Source: Candidatus Krumholzibacteriia bacterium
GTDB taxonomy: Bacteria > Krumholzibacteriota > Krumholzibacteriia > Krumholzibacteriales > Krumholzibacteriaceae
DNA: 64,000 nucleotides
Direction of reading: 5' to 3'
Assembly (NCBI GenBank): GCA_963770685.1
Contig: CAVYQN010000008.1
Span: 22,447 to 86,446 of the forward strand
Below are positions 10,097 through 21,461 of this stretch, one piece after another. Each line of letters starts with the position of its first letter. Position 1 is the first letter of the stretch. The notes under the pieces were generated by a model. The model saw only the letters and a list, made by a program, of their open reading frames with translations, had not been told where the DNA came from and ran no database searches. A program made the position numbers and the translations under genes.

Positions 10097-11125
10097 ATGG
10101 CTGATAAAAACGCCGGCGCATGGATTCGCACAAACTGGAAAGCCATCGCCGGCATAGCCGTCAGCGCGGCCTTCCTCTATCTGGCGTTGCACGAGGTGGA
10201 TCCCGCCGTCTCTGGCCGAAGGGTTGAAGGAAGCTGACTACCTTTACATGATCCCCGTATTCCTGGTCATGCTTCTCAGCATGTGGTTCAGGGCGATCAG
10301 GTGGCATTACCTCCTTAAGTCGATAAAGAAGATTGGAGTGGGAAACCTTTTTTCCGCCTCGGCGATCGGGCTTATGGCGAACAATCTTCTGCCGGCGAGG
10401 CTCGGCGAGTTCGTGAGGGCGGTCGTGATAGGACGCAAGGAGACATATAAGCAAAAGCTCATCGTTTGCCACGATCGTCGTGGAGAGGGTTCTGGACGGG
10501 CTGACCGTTCTTACCTTTCTCGGGATCGTTCTGATTTTCGACCTCTTCTCGTTTCCGCCGGTAATGAGGGAAGCCGCATGGATAACCGTGATATTCTATC
10601 TTGCCGTTATAATATTTCTCGTGCTTTTCAAGCTCAGAAGAGAGATGGCACTCGCTATCGTCGCTTTATTTGTGAAGCATCTCCCCGGCGGGATCGCAAG
10701 GAAGATAACACGGGCTTCTCGAAGCATTTATCGACGGGCTTAAGGTTCTTGAAAACGGGTGGGATCTCGCCCGCGCGATGGTTCTTTCATTCCTCGTGTG
10801 GGTTCCCAACATAGTCGTAATATGGCTGCTTTTCCTGTCGTTCGATTTCGTGCTTCCATTTTACGCGCCGGTGATTTTGTTCGTGATCCTCACGATAGGC
10901 ATTATGATCCCGTCCGCGCCGGGATTCGTCGGGACGATCCAATACTGCTGCGTCCTCGGACTCGGCTTGTTCGGAGTCGGACAAAGTGAGGCGCTGAGTT
11001 ATTCGATCGTTTATCATCTTGGAGTATTCATACCGATAACCGGTGCGGGATTGGTGTGTCTTCTGATCGAAGGGCTCTCTTTCTCAGAGATGAGACGCCT
11101 GTTCAGGACTGGAATCGAAAGTTGA
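10097..11125 (+). CDS. Lysylphosphatidylglycerol synthase TM-domain (UPF0104) flippase-like protein, copy 1 (several frameshifts)
   Basis: RAIRWHYLL, GLMANNLLPARLGEFVR, VERVLDGL and IPSAPGFVGT motifs. Confidence 0.85.
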
Positions 11126-11356
11126 AATCGGCCTTTCGCCGGTTTTCCACACTCTCCCGGTTATCGCATCGAACGAATCATTCTGAAGGATGGTGGTTGA
11201 CATGGCAGGGAAACATTTTGTACAATAATAAATTATGCAGTTTCGCGATCCACTCCAACGCTGAGCACGATGGAATAATTGGATGCCAATAATCAGGATC
11301 ACGGTTAATGTTGATCTCTCTGCCGCGCATCGCGAAGAGATCGCTTGATGTAAACT

Positions 11357-12045
11357 ATGAATAATACGCTATACATGGATAAGCCGGGCGCCTGGTCAAG
11401 TCATTCGTGGATTGTCGGCCGACTGTCAAGGCTTGCCGAAGGGCGCAAGGTTCTGGATGTCGGCACGGCTACCGGAACCATAGGAAGAATGTGCAAGGGC
11501 AAGGGTTTGATTTTCGATGGGATCGAACCGAATCCGGCATGGGCCGACGCGGCGCGTCCTTACTATAATAAGTTGGAAGTTAAAACCTTGGAAACCTGTT
11601 CCGAGCAGTTTCTGAGTGGACATCATGCGGTCGTCTGCGCCGATGTTCTGGAACATATGAAGGATCCGGAATCGGTATTGAATAAATTGATTGCACTGCA
11701 GGACGATGCGTGTATTCTTTATCATCTCGGTTCCAAACATCGCCAATATCTGGATTCGATTGAATCTGCTTTTCGGACATTTTGATTATACTGATCGCGG
11801 CATCCTCGATCGCACTCATTTGAGGTTCTTCACGCGCAGAACCGCACGGCGGATGATCGAAAACGCGGGGCTGGCGATTACCGCCAGCGGCACCACACCC
11901 ATCCCTCTCGACATGGTGTCACCGTTTTTCGAAAAATCCCCCGCAGGTCACATGCTGCACCGAATGTTGAAAACTGTTCACCGGCATCTTTCCGACCGTT
12001 TTCGGTTATCAGTTTGTCTTTGAAGCAGTCAGGAGCAGATCATGA
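11357..12045 (+). CDS. Class I SAM-dependent methyltransferase, glycan-associated (frameshifts)
   Basis: VLDVGTATG, CADVLEHMKDP, ISVPNIAN, FDYTDRGILDRTHLRFFT, FGYQFV. Confidence 0.85.
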
Positions 12046-12808
12046 TGGATAAGACCCTCGATCGAGAAGAAAATCGTCATTGTTCTTCCCGCCTATAATG
12101 CCGAGAAAACACTCTTGAAAACGCTGGCTGAAATTCCTCCTGAATTTTCAAAGCATGTTATTCTTGTCGACGACGCATCGAAGGACAACACGGTCGCGGT
12201 AGCCAGGAAGGCCGGCCTCACGGTTTTTGTTCATGAAAAGAACAAGGGGTACGGTGGTAATCAGAAAACATGTTATACGAAGGCCTTGGCCATGGGCGCT
12301 GACCTTGTCGTGATGCTTCACCCGGACCATCAGTACGACGCAACCGTTATCCCACACATGGTCACTCCCATTCTCGAAGGTGAATCCAATGCCGTGTTCG
12401 GATCGCGAATGCTCGGCGGCCGCCCGATAGAAGGCGGGATGCCGTCCTGGAAATATGTCGCCAATGTATTCCTGACTGCGTTCGCCAACATTGTCTTCCG
12501 GCATTACCTGACCGAGATTCATTCCGGATTTCGGGCATACTCGCGAGAAGTATCTGGAAACCGTGAGGTTCATGGAGAATAGCGATGATTTTATTTTCGA
12601 CACGGAGATAATTGCTCAAGGGATGATGTGCAATCTGACGTTTCAAGAAGTTCCCATCGTAACCCGCTATTTTCCCGAGGCTTCATCAATAAATTTGCGT
12701 CGCAGTACCATTTATGGATTCGGCATTCTGGGAGTATTGTTCAAATATATGATCCATCGCCGTGGATTGGCGCATTTCCGGCAATTCACTCCGCAGGAGA
12801 GGAAATAA
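12042..12808 (+). CDS. GT2 glycosyltransferase, DPM1-like (frameshifts)
   Basis: IVLPAYNAEKT, LVDDASKD, NKGYGGNQKTCY, MLHPDHQY, HSGFRAYS, FIFDTEII, TRYFPEASSI. Confidence 0.88.
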
Positions 12809-12853
12809 TCCCGATCGACACCGCGTTTGTCGAGATTGTTAAGGAGGTGCCAA

Positions 12854-14594
12854 GTGAACAACGAACCGGCTGGAAATCGAACCGCTACGTCGGGGTCAGG
12901 TTCACGCCGGGACTCGATGTATATTTTCGTCGTTGTTCTCGCTTCGCTCTTTCCCGTACTCGGATTTGGCGCATATTTCAGAAACGAGGATGCACGTATC
13001 CTTGTCTGGTTGAGAGACAACACGAGGATCCTCGACGCGTTCCATTTAGACGTTCGCTATCATCCCATGGCTTTTCGCCCTGTTAACGAAATAATTTATC
13101 GCATAATCTACAACACCAGGGGGCTAGATCCTCTGGCATTCCAACTCGTAAGCGCGGTGTGTTTCGTCGGGGCGGTTGTTCTAATGTACCTTATCGGGAA
13201 GCGCCTTTTCGAAAGCAGGCGCGCCGCATTTCTTTCTATATTATCCTTTTTTGCGTGTTTTTATTTTACACTCCACTTTCTCTACACGCCTATCCAGGGA
13301 TTGCAATTCCCCGTCGAACTCCTTCTGGTTACGGCTCTGGTGTATCTGCTTCTCGGAACCCTCCCGCAAGGACTGTTCGGGTACCGCGTGCTCGCGGCCG
13401 CCGTTCTTGCGATACTGGCTGTGTTCAATCATCCCGTGAGCGCCTTTCTCCTTCCGGTACTGGCAATCGCCCTTGTTCTTATCGGCTGGCGACATGACGT
13501 TACCGGCGGACACGCCGGGCGGCGATCGCCCTTAAGATCGTCACCATGGTATTCTTCGCCGGCCTCTGGCTTCTGATACCGGTGCTGACCTCGCAGGTGA
13601 CGATGGAACCACGCGGGGTCATCGGGTTGATTCCGGAAATGATCAGGCGGTATTACATCTATGGAGGGATCTTCCTTCGCGGGATCAACAAGATACTTGT
13701 ACCGTTCAGCATCTCTTATCTTATCGCCGGGATTCTTATGGCCAGGTTTACGGCGGGTGTCTCTAGTGTTCGTCGGTTGGGGATCGGCATCCTGGTCGCT
13801 TTTGCATTCGTAATTTTGTTTAATATGCTCCCTTTGATCCCGTGCCTTCACGATTTTAAGCGTATTGCTGGTATTTCTCGTTTTTACCGGCTGGAGGCGC
13901 CTGTTTCTGGTTTTATGGTTCTTCGCCGGCATGTTGCCAATTCTAACGAGTCCCGTGGTAACAGGTGTTTACATGAGGCATTCCATAATTGCACTGAGTC
14001 TTGCTTATGGGATTTGGTTACAGCGAGCTGATCGGCGACATCATTCTGGTTTTCGGACATCGGGCGAGGCGTCTCTGCGCCGTGTTTACTCTTGAGCGAT
14101 TGGCCGGGGCAATAACGACTCTTGCCGTGCTCGCCTTGCTGATCGCGGGATTGCACATAGCGCCGGTGCCGGTTATTTCCAGGCAGCTCGGGCAAATCGA
14201 GTATCTGAAAAACCTCGGAAACAACTTCCGCGATACCATCGCGTTTCTATCGACTGAACTGGACAAGGAAGCGACGGTATACTTCTACCGCGGCCCCACG
14301 AGAGACGAGGAAGACCAATATGCTTATAGCAGCACTCACCTGGAACGCTTACAGCCGGCCAAGAGTATCTACTATCCATTTTATTTCGCGATGATGGGTC
14401 GGGAGGATATAACAGTACGATTCACGGACGAGCTTCAACCCGATCTCGCCGGCGCCGTGATAGTGGCAACCAACAACTGGGAGGTGCGGGAAATAGAATC
14501 GACCTTTCATCTCGAGACCTGGCGGGAGTTCCATCGAGGAAAGGCTTCGGCAAAGATCTACCGGGTACGGTCCAACATTCCGCTTTCCCGGTAA
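12854..14594 (+). CDS. Polytopic membrane protein, putative GT-C glycosyltransferase (frameshifts)
   Basis: AAGGAGG RBS with GTG; N-terminal TM, then an ED pair and FRPV motif; many TMs; soluble C-terminal domain; split across consecutive ORFs. Confidence 0.62.
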
Positions 14595-14636
14595 AAAAAC
14601 GATTACGACATTATAGCCCGGCGGACGGAACTATTT

Positions 14637-15629
14637 ATGAACTTGAAGACCCTTGCAGGTCTCGTTGTAAGCGCGATATTCCTCTATTTCGCTTTTCGGG
14701 AAGTCGATTCCGATGTGCTATTTCAGGCGTTGCGGGAAGCTGATTATCGTTATCTGATCCCGGTGGTTATTATCATAATCCTGAGCATGTGGTTCAGGGC
14801 CGTGCGATGGCATTATTTATTGAAGTCGGTCAAAAAGATAGGGCTGTGGAATCTGTTTTCCGCTTTGTCCATCGGCCTTATGGCCAACAATCTTCTTCCT
14901 GCGAGACTGGGTGAATTTGTCAGAGCCGTTGTCATAGGCCGGAAGGAAAACATCAGCAAAAGCTCATCATTTGCAACAATCGTCGTGGAAAGGGTTTTCG
15001 ATGGCTTGACCGTCCTGACCTTCCTTGGAATAATACTGATCCTGGACCTGTTCTCATTTCCACAAGTTCTAAGAGAGGCGGCGTGGCTGACGGTTATATT
15101 CTACTTTGTGGCGATAGTTTTCCTCGTTCTCATAAAATTTCGGAGGGAGACTGCGTTCGGCGTTGTTTCTTTCGCAGTCAGGCCGCTGCCCGGAGCGATT
15201 GGAAGGAAGATAATGGGTCTGCTGGATTCATTTGTCGGCGGATTAATGATTCTTAACAACGGCTGGGATCTTTTTCGCGTCATGATACTTTCATTTCTGG
15301 TTTGGATTTCCAACATTGTCGTAATATGGTTGCTGTTTATATCATTTGATTTTTCACTTCCTTTCTACGCCGCGGTGGTTCTGTTCGTTATTATAGCCAT
15401 AGGCGTAATGATACCGTCAGCTCCAGGTTTTGTCGGAACCATTCAGTACTGTTGTGTGCTGGGGCTCGGGTTTTTCGGGGTGAGTCAGAGCCAGGCTCTC
15501 AGCTACTCGATCATTTATCACATGGGAGTATTTATTCCGATAACGGGCCTGGGGCTGCTGTGTATTCTCCTGGAAGGGCTGTCATTTTCTGATGTCCGGC
15601 GTCTCTTCAGGACCGGAAATGACGGCTAG
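14637..15629 (+). CDS. Lysylphosphatidylglycerol synthase TM-domain (UPF0104) flippase-like protein, copy 2 (intact)
   Basis: Same motifs as copy 1; intact 330-aa ORF. Confidence 0.9.
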   Translation: MNLKTLAGLVVSAIFLYFAFREVDSDVLFQALREADYRYLIPVVIIIILSMWFRAVRWHYLLKSVKKIGLWNLFSALSIGLMANNLLPARLGEFVRAVVIGRKENISKSSSFATIVVERVFDGLTVLTFLGIILILDLFSFPQVLREAAWLTVIFYFVAIVFLVLIKFRRETAFGVVSFAVRPLPGAIGRKIMGLLDSFVGGLMILNNGWDLFRVMILSFLVWISNIVVIWLLFISFDFSLPFYAAVVLFVIIAIGVMIPSAPGFVGTIQYCCVLGLGFFGVSQSQALSYSIIYHMGVFIPITGLGLLCILLEGLSFSDVRRLFRTGNDG

Positions 15630-17078
15630 GGAAGCGGTCTCGGAATTTTTCCTTATGATGTTGCTTGTCGCTATTATCAGCCCGAATAAAAGCCAGATAA
15701 AAAAGATGTATTTATCATTTCTGACGTATTCGATTTTTATCTGGTCGATGCAGAACATCACGAAACAGACGTGAAGCACCTTCATGAAAGCCTCGGAGAA
15801 GGGAGAATTCACCAGGGAGCTTCGTATCCCCGGCAGCGAGGCCCTGCCGAGCCTGTAGAGAATAAATAGAAAGGCCGACAAGCCAAAAATACCGGTTATG
15901 TTGAAATAGAAGAGATAGGCATTGTGTGGCCAATAACCGGTGTTGAGCCCGCCGGAAAAATCCCACCCTGGCCCGTTGCCGATAAAAGGATGCTTCATTC
16001 CCCTTTCAATGGCGCCCTCCCATGGAATGAGTCTGTTGGCCGGGATGATCCCCTTTTCGAAAGTCGAAGCGAACAGCCTGTCGAAAAGCGAACCTGATGT
16101 CGTATAATTCGACACGAAGGTCTCCAATACTACAATCATGAGGGCGAAAGCTCCAATGATGGAAACCAGTCTGATAAAATTGAGATCCTTCCTTGAAAGG
16201 AACATCATATAACCCACGCCGATGAACAGGGAAATGAAGGCTCCCCTCGTGATTGTGGCGAACATCATCATAAGATCCGTGATCAGTAGCGCCATAAGAA
16301 GGAATTTTGTGACAAGTCTTTTCGACCGCAAATAAAGAAAAAAGAATACGAGCACGTTCATCGCGAAAAATTCGGCGACAAGTTCGAAATCGTGAAAAGG
16401 TCCGCCCATTCTTAAATCTTTCATGATGAGTTCCGTCTTATGCGCGGTATAAAGCCAGTTGGGGATTATGACTCTTCCGGGGAAAAGCATCTCTAAGATT
16501 GTAAATGCTATTACAAGCGTGGCCGATATCGCCAGCATCCTGACGGTTTTTTCGAGTTTTTGTTCATCGTCGACAAGGTTGATGATCATGTACATGAAAA
16601 GAATGGCTGAAAAGAAATTGCCCGTGTGGACGATGGCCTGTTGAAATAGAACCGTGGAAAAATCCATGTTATAGAACGAGACAATATATGCGACTACGAG
16701 AAGGAGAGCCGGCATTGTTATCTGCCTGTCGAATCTTAGTGTCGCCGCGCCAGTCGATACTCGAATAAGATATATTATAAAGATAACCAATACAAAGATG
16801 AAGTTGGAGTTGCCGATAGAAATGCCGAAGGGGAAAGGGTGTATGATGATAAGAAACCAGACGGCTCCAAGCGTCGAATAACTCCAGAGTATCGCCGCCA
16901 CGACGAAACCTGCAACCGCCTCGATCACCCGCTTGCTGGGATTGTATATTTGGGTCGCAACGAGCCAACCGACGCCGGCTACAAGGATAGACATCCTGAT
17001 CCAGGCGAACGAAACCCGGGACGTCCTGGGTCGGCCGGCACCGGTTTCGTCAAGAGATGTTTCTGATATCTTCCTCAT
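15582..17078 (-). CDS. O-antigen ligase/polymerase (Wzy_C) family protein
   Basis: Many TMs; TITRGAFI, R-x3-W, HPFIGNGPG and PHNAYL motifs. Confidence 0.88.
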   Translation of the reverse strand: MRKISETSLDETGAGRPRTSRVSFAWIRMSILVAGVGWLVATQIYNPSKRVIEAVAGFVVAAILWSYSTLGAVWFLIIIHPFPFGISIGNSNFIFVLVIFIIYLIRVSTGAATLRFDRQITMPALLLVVAYIVSFYNMDFSTVLFQQAIVHTGNFFSAILFMYMIINLVDDEQKLEKTVRMLAISATLVIAFTILEMLFPGRVIIPNWLYTAHKTELIMKDLRMGGPFHDFELVAEFFAMNVLVFFFLYLRSKRLVTKFLLMALLITDLMMMFATITRGAFISLFIGVGYMMFLSRKDLNFIRLVSIIGAFALMIVVLETFVSNYTTSGSLFDRLFASTFEKGIIPANRLIPWEGAIERGMKHPFIGNGPGWDFSGGLNTGYWPHNAYLFYFNITGIFGLSAFLFILYRLGRASLPGIRSSLVNSPFSEAFMKVLHVCFVMFCIDQIKIEYVRNDKYIFFIWLLFGLIIATSNIIRKNSETASLAVISGPEETPDIRK

Positions 17079-17130
17079 AATATCCCCTCGGTAGCACGAA
17101 CCGTACCCGCGAAGGCAATGGCGAGGCACT

Positions 17131-18304
17131 CTATATCAATATAATCTCTTTCTGGGGATTCGAAAGGAATTCGCCCCCATCCGGACCTGACGACGATTAT
17201 CTCCTCCATGGTGGCTATCCCGAAGCCCGCGATGTTGATTCTCGGTTCGATCGTGTAAACCTGGTTCTCCTCGATTTTGAGGTAGGGAAGCTTGCCGTAC
17301 CTTTCCCACACCGGGCAGAGAAGGCCCGCCCCGTCGTGGGTGGCCTGGCCGACCTGATGCCCCGTGGCGTGGGGGAATTCGGGATACCCCTTGCCGGTGA
17401 TGTAATTCCTCGTTATCGCGTCGACCTCGCGCCCTTCCATGCCGGGCCTTATCTTTTCGGCCGCGAGAGCGATCGAATCGCGGATCGTTTCGAAGGGCCC
17501 CATGACCTCGGGGGGAGCCTCTTTTTCCCCGTCGCGCAGAAAATACCATGTCCTCTGAAGATCGGAGCAGTATTTCTCGCTCCTCGTCCCGAAGTCGATG
17601 TTGAGAACGTGCCCCTTTTCGATCTTCCTGTCGGTGGGTCCGGCGTGGGCCCCCGCCGATTCGGGTCCGGTGAAGACGGACGGGCACTGCTCCCGCTCCC
17701 AGGAGGTCTCGACCCCTTCCCTTTCGACCTCCGCGAGGATGAACGAAGCGACCTCCTTCTCCGTCATCCCCGGCTTCATGAACCCGGTGACGCGGTCGAA
17801 TATCTTCTCGGTGAGATCGACGTTCTTCTTTATCCTGCGTATCTCTTCGGGGCTCTTCCGGCCGCGGAGCTTCGAGATAATCCCCTCGGAGCTGACAAGG
17901 GAGTTCTCGAATCGTGTTCCCTTGAGGTATTTTTCGAGTGTGAGGTACATGCCGTGGGACAGGCCGTCCGACATCTTGTCGCTTTCGGAGAAGTTTATCG
18001 CTATCCTTTCAGGCGAGAACTTCTCCAACTGGTCGAGAAGAACCCTGCCGATCCCCTCCTTGTACCCGATCACCTCATAAGCTCCGACCTCTCTTATCCT
18101 CGCCTCGTCCAGGCTCCCCACGATGGCGACCGCGTGGCCCTTAGCGGGTATCATGAACGCGGACTGCCACGTGCAGTTGGCTCCGAGGATCAGGTTGAGG
18201 GCCGGATCGCCGTTGACCTCCGTTTCGCGCGCGAAGGTCAGCCAGAGGTCGATATTCTCTTCCTTCATGATAGCCGGCGCCTGATCGATCTTCTCTCGTA
18301 TCAT
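17131..18304 (-). CDS. Xaa-Pro aminopeptidase (M24) family protein (C-terminal frameshift)
   Basis: KSPEEI, IDFG, YCSDLQRT, HATGHQVG..HD, TIEPR, MEE; true end GGEFLSNPQKEIILI* in a shifted frame. Confidence 0.9.
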
Positions 18305-20355
18305 TTTTTACTCCCTCGCTGGATGGTGGCTTGCTTAAATCTGAATACACGTGTCTTCTCGTTGCTGAAAACCTGCTCGAACCGGCCGGAATCCGACATG
18401 AATTTGCCGGCGAGCGCTGGACGCTCCCTGAAGTCTTCGTCGATCAGGACGACGTAGATCTCCCGTCCCATCTTCGTGAGATACAATTCCGTTTCAACCG
18501 CCATCGGACGGTCCGAAAAGAGGTCCGCTTTTATCGTCTCCATGGCGTCCAACCTGTCCCCGTCGTATCCGAGCACCCCGACGATTCCCATGTTGGAATT
18601 GAAACTGTGCCTTAGGGCCAATACCGGCGCGAGGTGGTAGAAGTTGTTCTCGATGACGACGGCATCCACGCCTGAGTTGTCGCGCAGCCATTCGAACGCT
18701 TCGCGCTCGGCGGGTTGGAGCGTCACCCTCTTCAGCTCGGTTTTGTCGGCGGGCCTGTCGATGATGAATCCCCTGAAGGTGAGAACCGGCGCCGGAAGAA
18801 AAAGGAAGAGCGCCAGGATCACCAGCGCGCGTTTTTTCGCGCCACCGCTTTTCCTGATCCTTCCCGCGATTTCGACGAAGACTGGAGGGCCGGCCAGAAG
18901 AAAGAGGGGGAATATGAATTTCGATTCGTTGACCGACGGGAGATCGACAAAAATATTGAGAATCAGGAGGCATATTATCATCCCGGCGATGAAAACATAT
19001 TCGGGCGCGGCATGGCGGGAAAAATGTTTTTTGAATGCTCCGCGTATCGGGCTTATCAATATGAGAAATGGCAGTAAAATCGTAAGGAAGTTTTTCAAGC
19101 CGAAATGAAGATGATCCGCGATGAAATTCCCGGACCCGGAGCCTGCGCTCATATCCATCCTGCCAAGGAAAGGGAGTGAGAGCCCGAAGCCGAAAATGAC
19201 TGCCATAGGAATCACGGCCGACAGGCCGGCCCGGATCCCCGCCCTTTTCCTGAACCGGAGGAAAAAAGCGGAGAGAACCGTGGATCCGATCACGGTTCCG
19301 ATCATCGTAACGCCGGTTACTACATGGAAAATCATGGTTCCGAACACCGCGGCCAGGAGAATGAGGGCGCCCCGGATTCCGGCATTTCCCTCGCGCCATG
19401 CCGCCAGAACCAGGGATACGCCGAGGAGAAAAAGACCGAGGGAATAACTGAACACGGTTATCGTGAGAAACTTGTCCGGCAGGTTGACCATCCACGTCCC
19501 GAAGGGCGCGAGTGAATATATCACGTTTGAATTGTGAAATTCGATCTTGCCGAAGGTGCGGATCGCCTCTTCCATGCCCCTGACGTCACCGGTCAGCACT
19601 CTCGTGAGCTCCACGGGCCAGAGAAACCATGAAACGGCTTCGAGACCCGCCATCGCCATAAGGACGGCAAAGGTGATCTTTCGCGCGTTCTTCGTGAAAA
19701 AGGAGGCGTAGCGGGCGAGAAGATACGGAAACGAGAAGGCCGCCATCACGTTGAAGAGCCCCATCGCCGCGAAAAGGGGGAGGTGGGAAAGCCTTATAAG
19801 CGACGCGATGAAGAAATGATAATACCACATGTACTTGATCTGGAAATCGGCGAGCACGGGTTCCATGGGCGGCACGCCGCGGGCGAGGATCTCGCTCGTC
19901 AATGAAGCGTGATACCACGCGTCCGATCGTCTCAGAAGGTCGGGATTGACGGCGAAACAGGCCGCTATCAGCCCGGCGAACGCCGCGCAGACGACGGGGA
20001 TGCTCCAGGGGACGCGAAGCTTCGATCCGGCTTTTTTAAACCGTCCCGCCACGAGTGCGATCCCGAGAAACAGATAAACCAGGAACAGGAAGATCCGCAG
20101 CGACCTCTCCATCGGGAGCCCTAATCCGGCGATCAGAAGGGTGGAGGCCGTCAGCAGGATCGGAGAGAGAAGGGCCGAGAGGACGATATCGTCGAACCAG
20201 TGCCTCTCTTTGTCGCCCAGAAAAAGGAGAAGGACGAATCCGGGAAGGATGAACGCCTGTATCGAACCGGAAATGAGAACGAACCAGCCCGGCAGGTGAA
20301 GTATTAGCGGCAATGAGCTGCCGAGCAGGACAATCAGGAAAATCTTCTTCGCCAT
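18301..20355 (-). CDS. Polytopic membrane protein, putative GT-C glycosyltransferase
   Basis: 684 aa; FILPG, SDAWYH, PPMEP and YMWYYHF loop motifs; C-terminal EAFEWLRDNS...AVVIE domain. Confidence 0.7.
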   Translation of the reverse strand: MAKKIFLIVLLGSSLPLILHLPGWFVLISGSIQAFILPGFVLLLFLGDKERHWFDDIVLSALLSPILLTASTLLIAGLGLPMERSLRIFLFLVYLFLGIALVAGRFKKAGSKLRVPWSIPVVCAAFAGLIAACFAVNPDLLRRSDAWYHASLTSEILARGVPPMEPVLADFQIKYMWYYHFFIASLIRLSHLPLFAAMGLFNVMAAFSFPYLLARYASFFTKNARKITFAVLMAMAGLEAVSWFLWPVELTRVLTGDVRGMEEAIRTFGKIEFHNSNVIYSLAPFGTWMVNLPDKFLTITVFSYSLGLFLLGVSLVLAAWREGNAGIRGALILLAAVFGTMIFHVVTGVTMIGTVIGSTVLSAFFLRFRKRAGIRAGLSAVIPMAVIFGFGLSLPFLGRMDMSAGSGSGNFIADHLHFGLKNFLTILLPFLILISPIRGAFKKHFSRHAAPEYVFIAGMIICLLILNIFVDLPSVNESKFIFPLFLLAGPPVFVEIAGRIRKSGGAKKRALVILALFLFLPAPVLTFRGFIIDRPADKTELKRVTLQPAEREAFEWLRDNSGVDAVVIENNFYHLAPVLALRHSFNSNMGIVGVLGYDGDRLDAMETIKADLFSDRPMAVETELYLTKMGREIYVVLIDEDFRERPALAGKFMSDSGRFEQVFSNEKTRVFRFKQATIQRGSKK

Positions 20356-20501
20356 CTCCCGTTTCCTCCGGTTTTCCCGCGGAAAAGGCCTTGAAAACAG
20401 AAAACTATAGTAAACAGCGGTTCTTTACAATAATATTCTGCCCGCGGGCCGTGGGAAGGCTTCCGGCCGGGCGACGAGCCCGGGAACATTAGAATACGAC
20501 C

Positions 20502-21404
20502 ATGAAAGCTGAATTAATCGAATCGATAAGATCGAATATGAAGGGCTCCGTGGTGCCGGAGGCGCCGATGTCGGCCCACACCACCTATCGGACCGGGGGC
20601 GCCGCAAAGGTTCTTGCCATCCCCGACGATAGCGTGGAACTGGAGAGGGTCTGCCGTTTCGCCGGCCGCGAAAGGATCCCCTTCGTCATAATCGGGGCCG
20701 GTTCCAACGTCATCGCCTCCGACGGGGGAATTGACGGGATCGTCGTCTGCACGAAGGCCGGTACGGCTGCTCTCGATATAGACGAAGACGGGACGGTCAT
20801 CGCCGACTGCGGCATAATGCTGGAGGATCTGATAAGAAGGTGCGCCTCGCGCGGCTTCGGCGGATTGGACGGGGTCGCCGGCATACCGGGGACGGTAGGC
20901 GGGGCGGTCGTCATGAACGCTGGTACCGACGAAGGGAATGTCTCGGACTGGATAGAGTCGGTCGAGGTGATCACGCCTTCCGGCCGCTCTGAAACCCTGG
21001 CGAAGGCTGACCTCGGATTCGGATACCGCAGGAGCCTCTTTTCGGTAGGCGGCTTCGTCGTGCTGCGCGTACGTTTCAAGCTGCCTGAAGGCGACGGCAG
21101 GGCGATACTGGACAATATCGACAGGGTATGGAGGGAGAGGGCGGGGAAATTCCCGCTCGATTATCCGAACGCCGGGTCCGTTTTCAAACGCCCCGAAGGC
21201 GGCTACGCGGGACGCTTGATAGAGAAGGCGGGCTGCAAGGGGATGAGGGTCGGAGGCGCGATGGTCAGCGAGCGGCACGCGAATTTCATCGTCAACGCCG
21301 GGGGGGCGACATCGTCGGACATCACGGCTCTTATAGAAAAGGTAAGGGCGAGGGTGCTCGAGGACAGCGGCATCCGTCTCGAGCTCGAGCAGGTCCTGCT
21401 GTGA
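20502..21404 (+). CDS. murB: UDP-N-acetylmuramate dehydrogenase
   Basis: HTTYRTGG, IGAGSNV, GIPGTVGGAVVMNAG, FGYRRS, NAGSVFKRP, SERHANFIVN, LELE. Confidence 0.97.
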   Translation: MKAELIESIRSNMKGSVVPEAPMSAHTTYRTGGAAKVLAIPDDSVELERVCRFAGRERIPFVIIGAGSNVIASDGGIDGIVVCTKAGTAALDIDEDGTVIADCGIMLEDLIRRCASRGFGGLDGVAGIPGTVGGAVVMNAGTDEGNVSDWIESVEVITPSGRSETLAKADLGFGYRRSLFSVGGFVVLRVRFKLPEGDGRAILDNIDRVWRERAGKFPLDYPNAGSVFKRPEGGYAGRLIEKAGCKGMRVGGAMVSERHANFIVNAGGATSSDITALIEKVRARVLEDSGIRLELEQVLL

Positions 21405-21461
21405 ACGGCCCCGTGAGGCATGCGTCGCCGCGAACCGCTGCATGAATCGGAAAATGAAAAG

